The notes: generated from the letters alone by a model not told the origin. DNA of 64,000 bases from Eledone cirrhosa (GCA_964016885.1 OZ024747.1:44144001-44208000), one strand, 5' to 3'. Positions 31,284-45,230 are shown, counted from the stretch's first letter. Numbers and translations are program-made.

Positions 31284-31470
31284 AGATAAATCTACCAAGA
31301 GTTTACGGTAGTGTCCAATCCGTATGAAGAACTCAATGTATTCCGGATATCATGGAAAGAAGAGATGTAATGAAAAATCACTTTCGGTGAAAGATAAACG
31401 GTATACAGAGTCAAGATAAACTATTAAACAAATAATGAATAAACAATTCCTTATATTAAACAAAAAAAAG

Positions 31471-31624
31471 TTCATTATTTAACGATCGTTTCTAGGATAT
31501 ATATGTGTTAGAATTGGTATGCATATTCAACAGATCTATGTACAAAATTATACAAAATTATACAAATTATCAAGATTAAATATACATACCAACACATATA
31601 TACGCCGTCTTCAGAAATAATGAA
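31471..31624 (-). ncRNA. Hammerhead in the inverted pLTR copy
   Basis: Reverse complement of 38299-38452. Confidence 0.75.
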
Positions 31625-31928
31625 GTATATTTATTGATAATAACAACAATTCAAAATTTCAGGTCCGTTTGGGAACAAAATTGACCAATGAAAATACAAA
31701 GGGTTAAATGCAGTTCGGTGTGTGTATATACATGTAAAACCCTTACACATATTTTACAAAAATGTATGTATAATTTGTATACGCATACTAAAAGGATGGA
31801 TGCAAATACAAAATTTCAAGGTTAATGTCTCTGTAAGTTTATAATGCACAAATAAGATGCGTATTGACACAAGTATGAAATTAAGTATATAAATATATTT
31901 TTTCATACTCACACATATCCGTACAATC

Positions 31929-34151
31929 AAGAAAGACCTTTTTAATTTAATTAAACACCTCAAATTTAAAAAGTATAAATCCGTCTTTCAAAAGGACCTT
32001 GATTCTACCCTATTGGACCTAAAAAAGTCTAAAAAAATCCATGTCCACTCGGACAAAACTGGTAACTTGTATCATATGGATATTGAACATTATAACGAGT
32101 TCATATATAAAGAACTCAGAAAAAATTATAAAAAATCTAATAATGTGTCACTCACCAACATCAACAACAAAACACACAACATAGTAAAAAAACTAAACAT
32201 TGAAGATAGAACTGAACCTTTGGCATTGAAAAGACCACACTTCAACCTGAAGGATCACAAATCTAACTTTAACTCAAATCCTTCTATTAGACTTATATGT
32301 CCCTCCAAATCAGATATTGGAATAATTAGCAAAAAAATTTTAGATAGAGTCATCCCACAAATAAGAAAATACGTTATTTTACCACTCTGGGAAAACACCT
32401 CCCAGGTAATTAACTGGTTTAAAAATATTAGGTGTAAATCTTCTGCTTCATTCTTACAATTTGATATAGATAATTACTATTCTTCTATATCACCTATACT
32501 CCTGAACAAAGCATTGATATTTGCTAAAAATAGATCTAACTTAACTTTGGATGACATTAATATTATTACACATGCTAGACTAACACTTATTGAATTTCAG
32601 AATGAATACTGGACCAGAAACACATATAGTAATCTTTTTGATATTACTATGGGTTCAAGCGATTCCGCCCAAATTACTGATCTTGTGGGCCTCTTTCTCC
32701 TTTTCAACATAAATGCCTCTTTTCCCCACCTCAAAGGTGGTTTATATCGTGATGACTGTCTTCTTCTTTCTAACAACCTTAGCCTTTCAGAAATTGAAAA
32801 AAACAAAAAACATATTAGAACTTTCCTTAAAGACTATTATAATCTTAATATTACTTTTGAAAAAACAAGTAAAGTAGTAAATTTCCTAGATATAACTTTA
32901 GATTTAGCTACGGGTATCTACCAACCTTACCATAAACCTAACCAAAACTTACACTACATACACTCACAATCTAATCACCCTAAATCTATCCTTAAAAACC
33001 TTGCATATAATATATCACTTAGAATTTCTAACCTTTCTTCTAACCAAGATGTATTTGATAAAAATGCGACCTTCTATAACGAAGCTCTAGATAGAAGTGG
33101 CCACAAAAATAGATTAGAGTATATACCTTCTACTAAAAATACTGAAAGCATACAACATAATATTACCAACAAACACCAAATGAAAAGTACACACCTAAAT
33201 GCCACCCACACTATACCCCAAAATACCAAATCTTCTAATATAAAGTATAGTAACTCTCAAAAAACTACTCATCATACAACTCTAATAAATATTAATAATA
33301 AAACTCCTAATAAAAAGGATAAAACACCTAAATCTACAAATATAACTAAAAATAGTTGTGGTGAGATCATTAACATTAATCCTCCTAGTAAAAATCACGA
33401 TACAACCTATAAAAATAATAAAAATAATAAACAACATAGAAACCGTAATAGACGGGTTACTTGGTATAATGCTCCTTTTAATTTACAAGTTAAGGATAAT
33501 ATTGCTAAAAAAATTTTTTATATCCTTGAGAAAAACTTCCCGCCAAACCACAAATACCATCAAATCTTAAATAGGTCCACAGTTAAATTCTCATACTCTA
33601 CAACAAATAACATAAAACAAAATATAAGTGCCTATAATGCATATAAATGTAAGAAAACCATAAGTATACCACCAGTACATCAAATTAACCATAATATCTC
33701 CTCAAATACAGAATTAACGAAAGGATGTAACTGTAGAAACAAAGCAAACTGCCCATTAAAAGGGAATTGTCTTGTTAACAACATAGTCTATAAATGTAAT
33801 GTTAAAACTAAAGATTCTATTTGCTCATATATAGGAGCTACCTCTAACAATTTTAAGACAAGGTTTAATACCCACAAGCATAGTTTTAAAAATGCCGCAC
33901 TGGCTAATACAACATCTCTAGCAGAAAAAATCAATAGTTATAAAAATAAGAATATAGAATATGATTTGACCTGGAGTGTGCTCAAAAGAGCCACCCCTTA
34001 TCAAAATAATAGAAATGAATGTAGATTATGTTCCCAAGAACTATTTGAAATAATGAAGTCTAAGGATATCTTATTAAATAAACGACAGGAATTAATTATA
34101 TCGTGTAATCATAAACTAAAAAAAACATTTAAATATTATAAACCTAATTAA
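31929..34151 (+). CDS. PLE RT-endonuclease polyprotein (5'-truncated at the inversion junction, otherwise stop-free)
   Basis: FLQFDIDNYY, TMGSSDSAQ, GLYRDD, VNFLD, Asn/Lys/Thr-rich insert, CNCRNKANCPLKGNC linker, IVYKC...YIGAT...FKTRF GIY-YIG; frame open back to 31929 (KKDLFNLIKHLKF). Confidence 0.93.
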   Translation, partial: KKDLFNLIKHLKFKKYKSVFQKDLDSTLLDLKKSKKIHVHSDKTGNLYHMDIEHYNEFIYKELRKNYKKSNNVSLTNINNKTHNIVKKLNIEDRTEPLALKRPHFNLKDHKSNFNSNPSIRLICPSKSDIGIISKKILDRVIPQIRKYVILPLWENTSQVINWFKNIRCKSSASFLQFDIDNYYSSISPILLNKALIFAKNRSNLTLDDINIITHARLTLIEFQNEYWTRNTYSNLFDITMGSSDSAQITDLVGLFLLFNINASFPHLKGGLYRDDCLLLSNNLSLSEIEKNKKHIRTFLKDYYNLNITFEKTSKVVNFLDITLDLATGIYQPYHKPNQNLHYIHSQSNHPKSILKNLAYNISLRISNLSSNQDVFDKNATFYNEALDRSGHKNRLEYIPSTKNTESIQHNITNKHQMKSTHLNATHTIPQNTKSSNIKYSNSQKTTHHTTLININNKTPNKKDKTPKSTNITKNSCGEIININPPSKNHDTTYKNNKNNKQHRNRNRRVTWYNAPFNLQVKDNIAKKIFYILEKNFPPNHKYHQILNRSTVKFSYSTTNNIKQNISAYNAYKCKKTISIPPVHQINHNISSNTELTKGCNCRNKANCPLKGNCLVNNIVYKCNVKTKDSICSYIGATSNNFKTRFNTHKHSFKNAALANTTSLAEKINSYKNKNIEYDLTWSVLKRATPYQNNRNECRLCSQELFEIMKSKDILLNKRQELIISCNHKLKKTFKYYKPN

Positions 34152-35299
34152 TAACATTATCTTAGAAATTAATTTAATTTAAATGTTATTTAACCTATAA
34201 ATTTAATTTAATTAAAATTTTATTACAGATGAGAATATAAAATATTATGTAATCATAAATTGTGAAAAACCTTTAAATATTACTAATATATACTTAGTAA
34301 TTTAATTTATAGATTAATTTTAATTTATTTAAACCTTTTATTATAATTCTTTTACAGATAAAATATAACAAAATAATATCGTGTATCCAATGACAGAGAA
34401 ATAATTTTTAGTATTATAGACCTAATTAATATACATTTTAGAAATATATTTATAATTTGGTTTTAATTTTAATCAACCTAAAAATTTAATTTTAATTTGC
34501 TTAAAATTAGTATCCTTATACAGACGAATTGCAGAAAGTCATGTAATCATAGAATGGGATGTGTTTTGGATATATACCTAGTTAATATATTCTATGCAAT
34601 TTTTTGAAAAAGATATGTATATGTATATGTGTATGTGTATGTGTGTGTGTATGTATATGTGTATATATGTATATATATATATATGTGTGTATATATATGT
34701 ATATATGTATGTGTATGTATATGTATATGTATATGTATTAATTTTGATGTCTATTTGCATATAATTATATTATGCTATTGATAAAATACAATATCTGTTT
34801 TATGTATTATATACCTAATTAACATATACTATAGAAATAAATATATAATTTTTAATTTAGTTAACCTATAATTTATATTCTACTACCGATGTAATACTTT
34901 ATTTTATTTGTTTTTTCCCTATTACTAAATTCATTTCCTAATATTGATACCATAACGTTATTAACTTTAATTTAGTTATACTATAATTAATACTCTACTA
35001 CTATTTAACTTCAAAATTCTGCTTCAAATATTATAAACCTAACTAATTTACACCTTAGAAATCAATATGTTAACTATCTTTGGTTTAGTTAACATATAAT
35101 TAATGGTATACTTGTTTATTTTGAGATGCATAGATTTTGCCTTAGTTCTTGTTTGTTGTATTTCCTAACACTGAAACTATGTAAAAACATACATTGGATC
35201 AAGATACGGAAAATATTCTATGTTTCTTGAAACATATATTTACTATGATCCCCTTCTCCAAACCCCCCCCTTTCCCCCATACTATTATCATCTGTATTT

Positions 35300-35518
35300 G
35301 TATGCGTGTATGTATGAATATATATGTAGGTAGGTGTCTATATAGGTTTGGGTATTTATATATGAATATAAAAATACATATATGCGCATGCAAATATGAA
35401 TGTAAGATTGAGTGTGTATATATGAGTGTGTGTATGTATGTATATATGTGTATATATGCATGTATATATGTATGTGTATGTGAATGTGTGTATGTATATG
35501 TGTATGTATATATATGTA

Positions 35519-35551
<33 letters not shown>

Positions 35552-35802
35552 ATATAGAAATATATATATATGTATATATATGTATATGTATGTGTGTGTG
35601 TTTGTATGTGCGTGTATGTGTGTTATATATATATGTATGTCTCTCTATTTATATGTCTATCTTCGTATCTATGTGATATATGTGTGTGTGTGTGTATGTA
35701 TGCACATATATGTGTTTATGTGTATATATGTGTATGTGTGTATATATGTGTGTGTGCACACACATATATATGTGAGTGTGTATATGTGTCTGTGTATATG
35801 TA

Positions 35803-35843
<41 letters not shown>

Positions 35844-35932
35844 GTGTCTATGTGTGATTATATGTCTATATTCGTATGTGTGTATATATGTATGTATATG
35901 TCTATATGTATATATATATATATGTATATATG

Positions 35933-35975
<43 letters not shown>

Positions 35976-36220
35976 TTTTTTTATTATTATAATATAACTT
36001 ATGTGTATGTGTGTATATGTGAGGTTGTGTATGTGTATATAATATGTGTATATATAAGTGTAAAAAAATATATATATATATGTGCATGTCTGTTTTTTAT
36101 GTGTGTGTATATATATATATATATATATACGTGTATATATATATGTATATGTGGGTGTTTGTATGTGTATTTATGGTGGTATGTGTGTGTGTGGGTATCT
36201 ATATATATATATATATGAAT

Positions 36221-36284
<64 letters not shown>

Positions 36285-36637
36285 ATGTATATATATGTCT
36301 CTATTAATGCGTGTATATATGTATATACATATGCCTTTTTATTTTTATTTGTATGTCTGAGTTAGGTGAGGTTGTAGTGGCGTTTTTATATATATACGCA
36401 TATATGGATGCGTATGTATTTGTATATATGAGTATAAGTAAGTGCATATGTATGTATGATTATATATCTAATTCTATGTATGAATATACATGTATATATA
36501 TGTGTGTATGTAAGTTGTGTGTGTATGTATGTATATGTCTATGTGTGTATATATATATGTATGTATATCGATGTACGTGTATGTATGTACATGTTTGTCT
36601 ATGTATGTGTGTATGTATGTGTATGTATATATATATG

Positions 36638-36696
<59 letters not shown>

Positions 36697-37354
36697 GTAT
36701 ATATCTTTATTATTTATTTTTTTTATATTTTTTTATATATATGTGTATGTGTGTATGTGTTGTGTGTGTGTGTGTGTGTGTATATATATCTTTATATATG
36801 TGTATGTGTATGTTCGTGTAGGTGTTTGTGTGTGTATGACTTTATATGTATGTGTGTATGTGTGTATGCGTATATATTTCTATGTGTGTGTACATGTATG
36901 TATGTGTGTGTATGTGTATGTGTGTGTATATGTATATATGTATGTGTATGTATATATATATATATATATATGTTATATATAAATATGTATATATATATGT
37001 GTGTGTATGTGTATATATATATATATATATATATCTATATGTTTTTCTATTTGTATATATGTGTGTATAGGTATATAACTTTCTCTTTGTATTTCTAAGT
37101 TGTGTGATAGTGTAGTGGTGTTTGTATGTATATACCGATATATAGATGCGTAAGTATTTGTCTGTATGTATATATGTAAGTCTGTATATATTTGTGTGTA
37201 TATATAGCTATGTATGTGTATATCTGTATGTATATTAGTATGTAAGTGTTGTATATGTGCATGTATGTGTGTGGTTATATATATGTGTGTCTATATAGTA
37301 TGTGTGATTATATGTATATGTGTGTGTATATGTACGTGTATATACATGTATGTG

Positions 37355-37410
<56 letters not shown>

Positions 37411-37634
37411 TGTATATTTGTATGTATATGTGTATATGTATGTATGTGTGTATATGTATATGTTTATATATGTGTGTGTATGTATGTTCTTAGCGTGGAT
37501 GTGTGTATATGTATGTATGTGTCTGTATATGTGTGTATATTTATGTATGTGTGTGTGTGTGTCTATGTGTATATATATGTATATTATATATATATGTGTG
37601 TGTGTATATATATATATATGTATATGTATGTGTA

Positions 37635-37669
<35 letters not shown>

Positions 37670-37680
37670 TTTCTTGATAT
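35300..37680. repeat. Degenerate TA/TG/TATG simple-sequence block inside the PLE 3' region
   Basis: Direct reading; lies between the ORF stop and the 3' pLTR. Confidence 0.85.
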
Positions 37681-38298
37681 ATTTCTTTTTTCTTTTTTCT
37701 TTTTTCTTTCTATTGTTTATTTATTATTTTTTATTTTTTTATTTTCTTAGTTTATAGATACATCTATATTAGGCAGTCTGCTCAGACCGTTGAATACTGA
37801 CCTCTCCCCCCCCCCCTCCCACCTAATTTCTGTATCTTGATCTAAAAATGTGTGTGCCAGTGTTTTATGTGAGTGAATTAATATCCATGTGCTTATGATT
37901 TTATATCCACATATATAAATGTGAGTGGGGGTGTGTGTGTGTTTGTATGTTCGTGGTTATGTGTATATTTATGCATATACGCGCGTGTATGTGTGATTGT
38001 ACGGATATGTGTGAGTATGAAAAAATATATTTATATACTTAATTTCATACTTGTGTCAATACGCATCTTATTTGTGCATTATAAACTTACAGAGACATTA
38101 ACCTTGAAATTTTGTATTTGCATCCATCCTTTTAGTATGCGTATACAAATTATACATACATTTTTGTAAAATATGTGTAAGGGTTTTACATGTATATACA
38201 CACACCGAACTGCATTTAACCCTTTGTATTTTCATTGGTCAATTTTGTTCCCAAACGGACCTGAAATTTTGAATTGTTGTTATTATCAATAAATATAC

Positions 38299-38452
38299 TT
38301 CATTATTTCTGAAGACGGCGTATATATGTGTTGGTATGTATATTTAATCTTGATAATTTGTATAATTTTGTATAATTTTGTACATAGATCTGTTGAATAT
38401 GCATACCAATTCTAACACATATATATCCTAGAAACGATCGTTAAATAATGAA
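38299..38452 (+). ncRNA. Type-I hammerhead with about 115-nt extended stem II in the PLE pLTR
   Basis: ttcattattt-CTGAAGA-[long hairpin tatatatgtgttgg...aacacatatata]-GAAAC-gatc-GTT-aaataatgaa; 10-bp stem I, palindromic aacgatcgtt. Confidence 0.78.
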
Positions 38453-38499
38453 CTTTTTTTTTGTTTAATATAAGGAATTGTTTATTCATTATTTGTTTA

Positions 38500-38553
<54 letters not shown>

Positions 38554-40280
38554 TGTGTGTGTGTGTTTCGATTCAATAAGTTAAAGCCGAAATGGATTCT
38601 AAATGAGTAAAAAGCAAAGCAAGGAATAACAGTAATAATACCGATATTTGTAAGTATTAAACTACTTCCTAAGAACAAAATATTTTCCCTTGCTTTTTTA
38701 CTTCAGTAGTGGTTAAATGTGAATTTAAAGTTCATAATTACAATACATTATCGGTAGAGGGTCGGACGCCATGCTTTCCAGCATAGTTATGTCCCTTTAC
38801 CGTCTGAGTTCAAATCCCGTCGAGGTTAACTTTGCCTTTCATCCTTACGGGGTCGATACAATAAAGTACCAGTAATGCACTGGGTAATTGCTGGCCTAGT
38901 GCCAAGTGTAGAAACAATTATCGTTACATCAATATTGTGGGCAGTACCTGCTCGCCGCATCTCCGTCACAACTTGTCAACCACAATATTTTTAATTTTGT
39001 CCTAGGTCTAAATGATGATGAGATATACTAACCCGAAAGTAATGATTCCTCGTTTAGGCACAAAGCCAACAATAATTTACAAGGGGAGTAAAGTCAATCG
39101 ATACATCGGCCCCAGTGCGTGCCTACTTTATCGACCCATGACTCACAACTCAGAGAGTGAGAACAAATTACACAAATATTCTATCTAACGTTCTATCAAC
39201 ACTGCCTGTGTTGTCACTTTATTTAATTATTTCTACTTTTAGCACAATGCCATGATTGATACTTTATTTTATCGATCCGTTAAACATGAAAGGCAAAGCT
39301 AACATCGGCAGGATTTGAACTCAAAACGTAAAGGGTCGTAACTATATGCCATAAAGTATGGTTTCCAATCCACCACCCTTACTTATCCAGCAATAATAAA
39401 ATCTTAAATTTCGACCTCTCTGCATTTCAACCCGTAACTGCTTAAGCAACCGAACATTAGCCCAAGCTGAAATTGAACATCACCGCATTAGGAAATAAAT
39501 GGTTATCAAGATAATGCAGATCAATAGTAAGTTTAACTACATGTATATATAATAGATATGGGGCTTTATTTAAGATTTCTCGGGGAACTAGTTAATGGGG
39601 CATGTGATTTGATATGTACATTTAGACATAATAGCGTAGAACTAATTTTCTGTCCATAATATTTATTATTAATAAGTGTTGTGGGTTCATATCCTGCCGA
39701 GGTTAACTTTTCCTTTCATCCTTACGAGGTCGATAAAATAAAGTACCAGTCACGCACTGGGGTCGATTTAATTGACTTTCCCCTCCCCAAAAATTGTTGG
39801 CCTTGTGCCATATATATAAAAAACCATTATCCGTGAAGAAATAGAGTTGACTTAAATATAGAGTCATATCTATAATCGGTGCAAAACCTTCTTTGGGATC
39901 TTTGAGGGTGGATTCTGGTTTTATGGGCGGTGGAAGCACTTCCGAATTGGAGAAGGGGGGCAAATTTGGTCAATTTAATTGGAATGATTAATTTAGTTCT
40001 TTGCATTCTAAAATGGTCAGAAACATAACATGTACATAAATTGTATCATATATCCAAATAGATGTGAGTTTTGGTAGTTTGGGGAGAAAAATATAATAAT
40101 TAGGTGAGGACATGGCCCTGCTGTCCACCCCCAGTTCCACCTCCCCTGAATATATATAATGTAAAAAAAAAAAATAATGCTCTGTAACATTTCCTAAGGG
40201 GTTGATATATCAAGTTATTCGCATTTGTTATAAACTGGTATTCTACCCCATTTATTCAACTCCTATATATATATATATAT

Positions 40281-40520
40281 ACATTCATTTATTATGGCTA
40301 TTTGTGAGCTGTGTTACTTTGCTCACTCGCCTGCGCACTCACAGGATCACCAGTCATATCTGATGATCCTGTATGTACGCAGGTGAAACTCCAGAGTAAC
40401 AAGGCTCATCATTTAGCCATAATAAATGAATATTTAAACTCCACTTCGGTGTTGAGTTTTTATTCTTACGTCCGTCAATAATTCACGTACACTCCGATCT
40501 AATAATTTTATTTTACATTT
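40281..40520 (+). mobile_element. Family G inverted-arm element; HHR 40357-40401
   Basis: CTGATGA-tcctg..caggt-GAAAC-tccaga-GTA; left arm is a diverged inverted copy; tail on the right. Confidence 0.65.
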
Positions 40521-40639
40521 AAAAAAACATTATATATACAAAAAAAAAAAGAACATTACAAGAAATCCCATATTTACGAACGTAAACTAAACAATTACCG
40601 ATCTCGCAAGCCCCGAACTCCAGACCTATTATTTGGGAC

Positions 40640-41700
40640 CCTCTCTATGTCTACTACAGGATACTCTCCAATTACCAAATTCTCTGCAACCACCAAATTC
40701 TCCCCTCTCTATATCTAACATACAAAACACTCTCCCAATCCCCCTCTTTATATCAATCATCCCCAGTCAATCCCCTCGCCATCTCTACCGCACTCTCTCG
40801 TAATCGTTCACTCCCTATCCATCACAAACTCCACCCTCTATATATTTTGCGATACAGTCTCTCCCAATCCCCCTCTCTATATTTAGCAATATTTATCTCT
40901 CCCAGCCCCCTCATTATATCTACAAGCATTGAAATCTATACCTCTCTATATCTACTTCGCGTCGCTCTCGCCCAATCCCCTTCAATTACCATCAAACTAT
41001 CCCCCTCTCCATATCTACCATGCAACACTCTCATTTTATCCATCACTACCAAATTCTCCACCTCTCTATATCTATCAACACATATCTCTATCAATTCTCT
41101 AACTCCATTCATTACGACCAAACACTCCCCCTCTCTACATCAACCATACAACATCTCTCTCTCAATCCCCCTCTATATATCAATTACCACCAAACTCTCC
41201 CCCGCTCTATATCTACTATACAACACTCTTTTTCATTCCTTCTCACTCTATCCATTGCCACAAAACTCTCCCCCTCTCTATATCTACTATACAACACTCT
41301 TTTTCATTCCCTCTCACTCTATCCATTGCCACCAAACTCTCCCTCTCTCTATATCTACTATACAACACTCTTTTTCATTCCCTCTCACTCTATCCATTGC
41401 CACCAAACTCTCCCCCTCTCTATATCTACTATACAACACTCTTTTTCATTCCCTCTCACTCTATCCATTGCCACCAAACTCTCCCCCTCTACTACATGGA
41501 ACTTTCTTTCAATAACCCCTCTCGAAATCAAATAACAACAAACTACCCCTTCTTTATATCTACTACACGGAACTCTCTTCCAATCCCTCTCTCTATATCA
41601 ATTTACACCAAAGTCTCCCCCGCTCTATATCAAGTAATACCAATCTCTCCCCCTCTCTATATCTACTACACGGAACAATCTTCCAATCCCCCTCTCTATA
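40640..41700. repeat. CT-rich minisatellite, about 71-bp unit
   Basis: ACCAAACTCTCCC..ATATCTACTATACAACAC recurs at 41331, 41402 and 41473; degenerate outward. Confidence 0.9.
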
Positions 41701-41842
41701 TAACATGAACATAAATTATAGCGCATATACAAATAGATGTGTGTTTGGGTATTTTGGGGAGGGGCCTGCTCCCTGTCCCACAACACTTGAGTTTATAGCT
41801 AGACCTTCATCCCTCCCATACACCTTACACACACACACACAA

Positions 41843-41906
<64 letters not shown>

Positions 41907-41908
41907 TA

Positions 41909-44052
41909 TTTAAAGGTTAAACAAGGTTCAATGAATAAATCAAAGAATGAGTTTTACAATAGATTGGAAGCACTCAACGACAATGGTTTACCGGAGTTAT
42001 TAATATTAATTCAAAATATTAACAAAAATAGACATTCGTGTGATCAAGTATATTTTATTATACATATTTCAGAGGTACTGAGCTATCTTCAACAGTACGT
42101 CCTCATCAGATAAAATAAGATGATGCATGACATACCCTGACATAGTAGATGGTTAAGATTCAGTCATGGTAGTGAATATGATATGACAAGACTCAATATT
42201 TATATACCTTAAGATTGAGACATGAAACAATTTACATATAATACAGAGGGTGCGTGTGAGAAAGCTTAAAAATACATAATAGCAATGTACATAACTGTTA
42301 GAGATTCAAATAATTTAAATTATTGAAGAAAGAAGAAAGAAAGAAGAAAGACAGAGAGAAACAGATGAGAAAAAATATAGTTACTAGAAGTATAGAAAGC
42401 AAAAGAGAATTGATCAAGGATAGAGAGACAAAGGGGAATAATTTTATAGTATAAAGCATAGATAAATACATGAATATACATTTGGGCATAGCTATGTGAA
42501 AGAGTAAACTCGAATCTTCGAATTATCTAGAAGTATCCATCTATCTAAATATTAAATATATCTGGGTGTAATTATATGAGGGTTTAATTTCGAGTCCTCA
42601 ATTAATAAGAAATACACTAACAATTATTTATATACACTATATATATCCAAACTTATTCAGCTGACCGTTAAAATTCGAATTCCTTATGTTAGTTCAGAAT
42701 AATGGATTAATCTAAAGGTATAATATTTCAGGCTATAAAAGTTTATAAATGTCTATATTAATATTAAAGTATACTAACATATTTAATTTATAAAATCATA
42801 TTTAAAGTATTTTCAAACATGAGAAAGAAATTTGTATTTTCATCCACACGAAGGTAAACCATATTAAATTATATTATCTTATATTATTTTCCCATGCTAA
42901 AATAATTCTCATTATATAATTTAGAAAATAATTACAGTTATAACTTTAAAAATTTTAAATTAACAATTAGAATGCCCTAAAGCATCTAAAGGCCTTATAA
43001 TTAAACTTAAAAAAAGTTATTATTAAATTTGATATATGCATTTGTCCAAATATATACAAAGAGTATATTGTCTAAAGTTCAAGACGATATTAGTCAGTTA
43101 TACATAACATAATATAATACAATATAATAAATAAGTTACTGTTAATATTGTTACAATTAAGGTTTTAGATCAATTATTGTATCTTAGGATCATGTAATAC
43201 ATATATACTATAAAAATTTCATGAATCATAAGGAAACGAACCAGATTCAAAATAAATAAGTAAATTGTTTGCGATCATATAAGTGCAAAATATTTAAGCT
43301 ATATAATTTAAAATACAAGAACATTTTTAAGGGTCTATATAGTAGTATAGTATCATATTTAAAGTGTCTGCAAACATGAGAAAGAGAAAACTTAAGATTT
43401 TCATCGACCCGAAGGTAACCTGAATTTAATTAAATTAAAAAATAATAATCGTTATATAATTTAGAAAATATTTAACAATTATAACACTAGAATGTCCTTA
43501 AGTATCTAAAGTACTTATAAATGTAGTTAGAATCCTGTTATTAAACCAGATATTCACATTTGTCCAAATATATACAGAGTATTCTGTTCGGAACTCAAGA
43601 CGATATTAGTAATCCATATACATATAATAAATAAATAATCAAAACATTGTTAGTAAAGTTATAATTGAAGTTTAACATCAAGTTAAGGGGAAAACGTTTG
43701 TCGGCTAGGATCGTGTACAACGCATATACCATAGATATATATAAACAAATATAAATATATAAATCAAACATCTTGAATCTTAAAACTAACATACTCCAAA
43801 AGAATACTCTGTATTATATGTAAATTGTTTCATGTCTCAATCTTAAGGTATATAAATATTGAGTCGTGTCATATCATATTCACTACCATGACTGAAGCTT
43901 AACCATCTACTATGTCAGGGTATGTCATGCATCATCTTATTTTATCTGATGAGGACGTACTGTTGAAGATAGCTCAGTACCACTGAAATATGTATAATAA
44001 AATATACTTGATCACACGAATGTCTATTTTTGTTAATATTTTGAATTAATAT
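41909..44052 (+). mobile_element. 2.1-kb family A element: tail, inverted arm and long non-coding body; HHRs 42053-42115(-) and 43940-44002(+)
   Basis: Arms about 42003-42248 and 43807-44052; ttttat-CTGATGA-ggacgtactg..cagtaccact-GAAA-tatgta-TA-ataaaa; internal direct repeat about 42797-43200 vs 43353-43740. Confidence 0.85.
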
Positions 44053-44241
44053 ATTATATATATATATTATATATATATATATATATGTGTGTGTATACCT
44101 ATATATATATATATATATGTGTGTGTATGAGTGTGTGTGCATGTATTTGTGTGTGTGTAAAAGGTAAACAAAAATAACAAATATAACAAAACAAACAGCT
44201 CAGTACATGGACGAAATATATTAGTTTAACGCTTAGAATAG

Positions 44242-44584
<343 letters not shown>

Positions 44585-44600
44585 ATATATGTGTGCATAT

Positions 44601-44634
<34 letters not shown>

Positions 44635-44641
44635 ATATATA

Positions 44642-44712
<71 letters not shown>

Positions 44713-44763
44713 ATATATGTGTGCATATATATATATATGTAAATATATATATATATATATATA

Positions 44764-44806
<43 letters not shown>

Positions 44807-44809
<3 letters not shown>

Positions 44810-45222
44810 GGAGGTGAGTTTTATTGTAGTACAATAAAGCAATGCAGATATCGGATAAGAAGCACTCTACAGTTTGTGGGACTGGAGTATGCATAATATA
44901 AGATCAAAAGATGGTTAAAGGAGTTCAATATATTTTATTATGCGCATTTCAAAAACAAACATCATCAAACAATAATATTTGTGTTTTCATCAGATAAAAC
45001 AGGAGAACATGATATGAAGGCTAAAAAAACACTTGTTGATAGTGCAGTTTTAAATCAACATATGTTGATTTAAAACTGCACTATCAACAAGTGTTTTTTT
45101 AGCCTTCATATCATGTTCTCCTGTTTTATCTGATGAAAACACAAATATTATTGTTTGATGATGTTTGTTTTTGAAATGCGCATAATAAAATATATTGAAC
45201 TCCTTTAACCATCTTTTGATCT

Positions 45223-45230
<8 letters not shown>
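44807..45230 (+). mobile_element. Tail plus essentially perfect 338-bp palindrome with twin hammerheads 44933-44999(-) and 45124-45190(+)
   Basis: Centre tcaacatatgttga at 45061; ttttat-CTGATGA-aaacacaaat..gtttgttttt-GAAA-tgcgca-TA-ataaaa. Confidence 0.85.

Larger units (their letters stand above)
31280..38502 (+). mobile_element. 7.2-kb Penelope-like element (family D) with inverted pLTR and tail, in (TA)n
   Basis: Near-perfect inverted repeat 31422-31929 / 37994-38502, tail 31280-31421, RT-GIY-YIG ORF, (TA)n flanks. Confidence 0.93.

Noticed and set aside
40640-41700. Regular repeat array (CRISPR-like?) and 222-aa ORF
   Set aside because: Tandem minisatellite without unique spacers; eukaryotic context, no cas genes.
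44893-45230. Interpretation of the palindromes as DNA-transposon MITEs or miRNA precursors
   Set aside because: One-sided tails, variable centres, hammerhead cores and identity with PLE pLTRs fit retro-insertion better.
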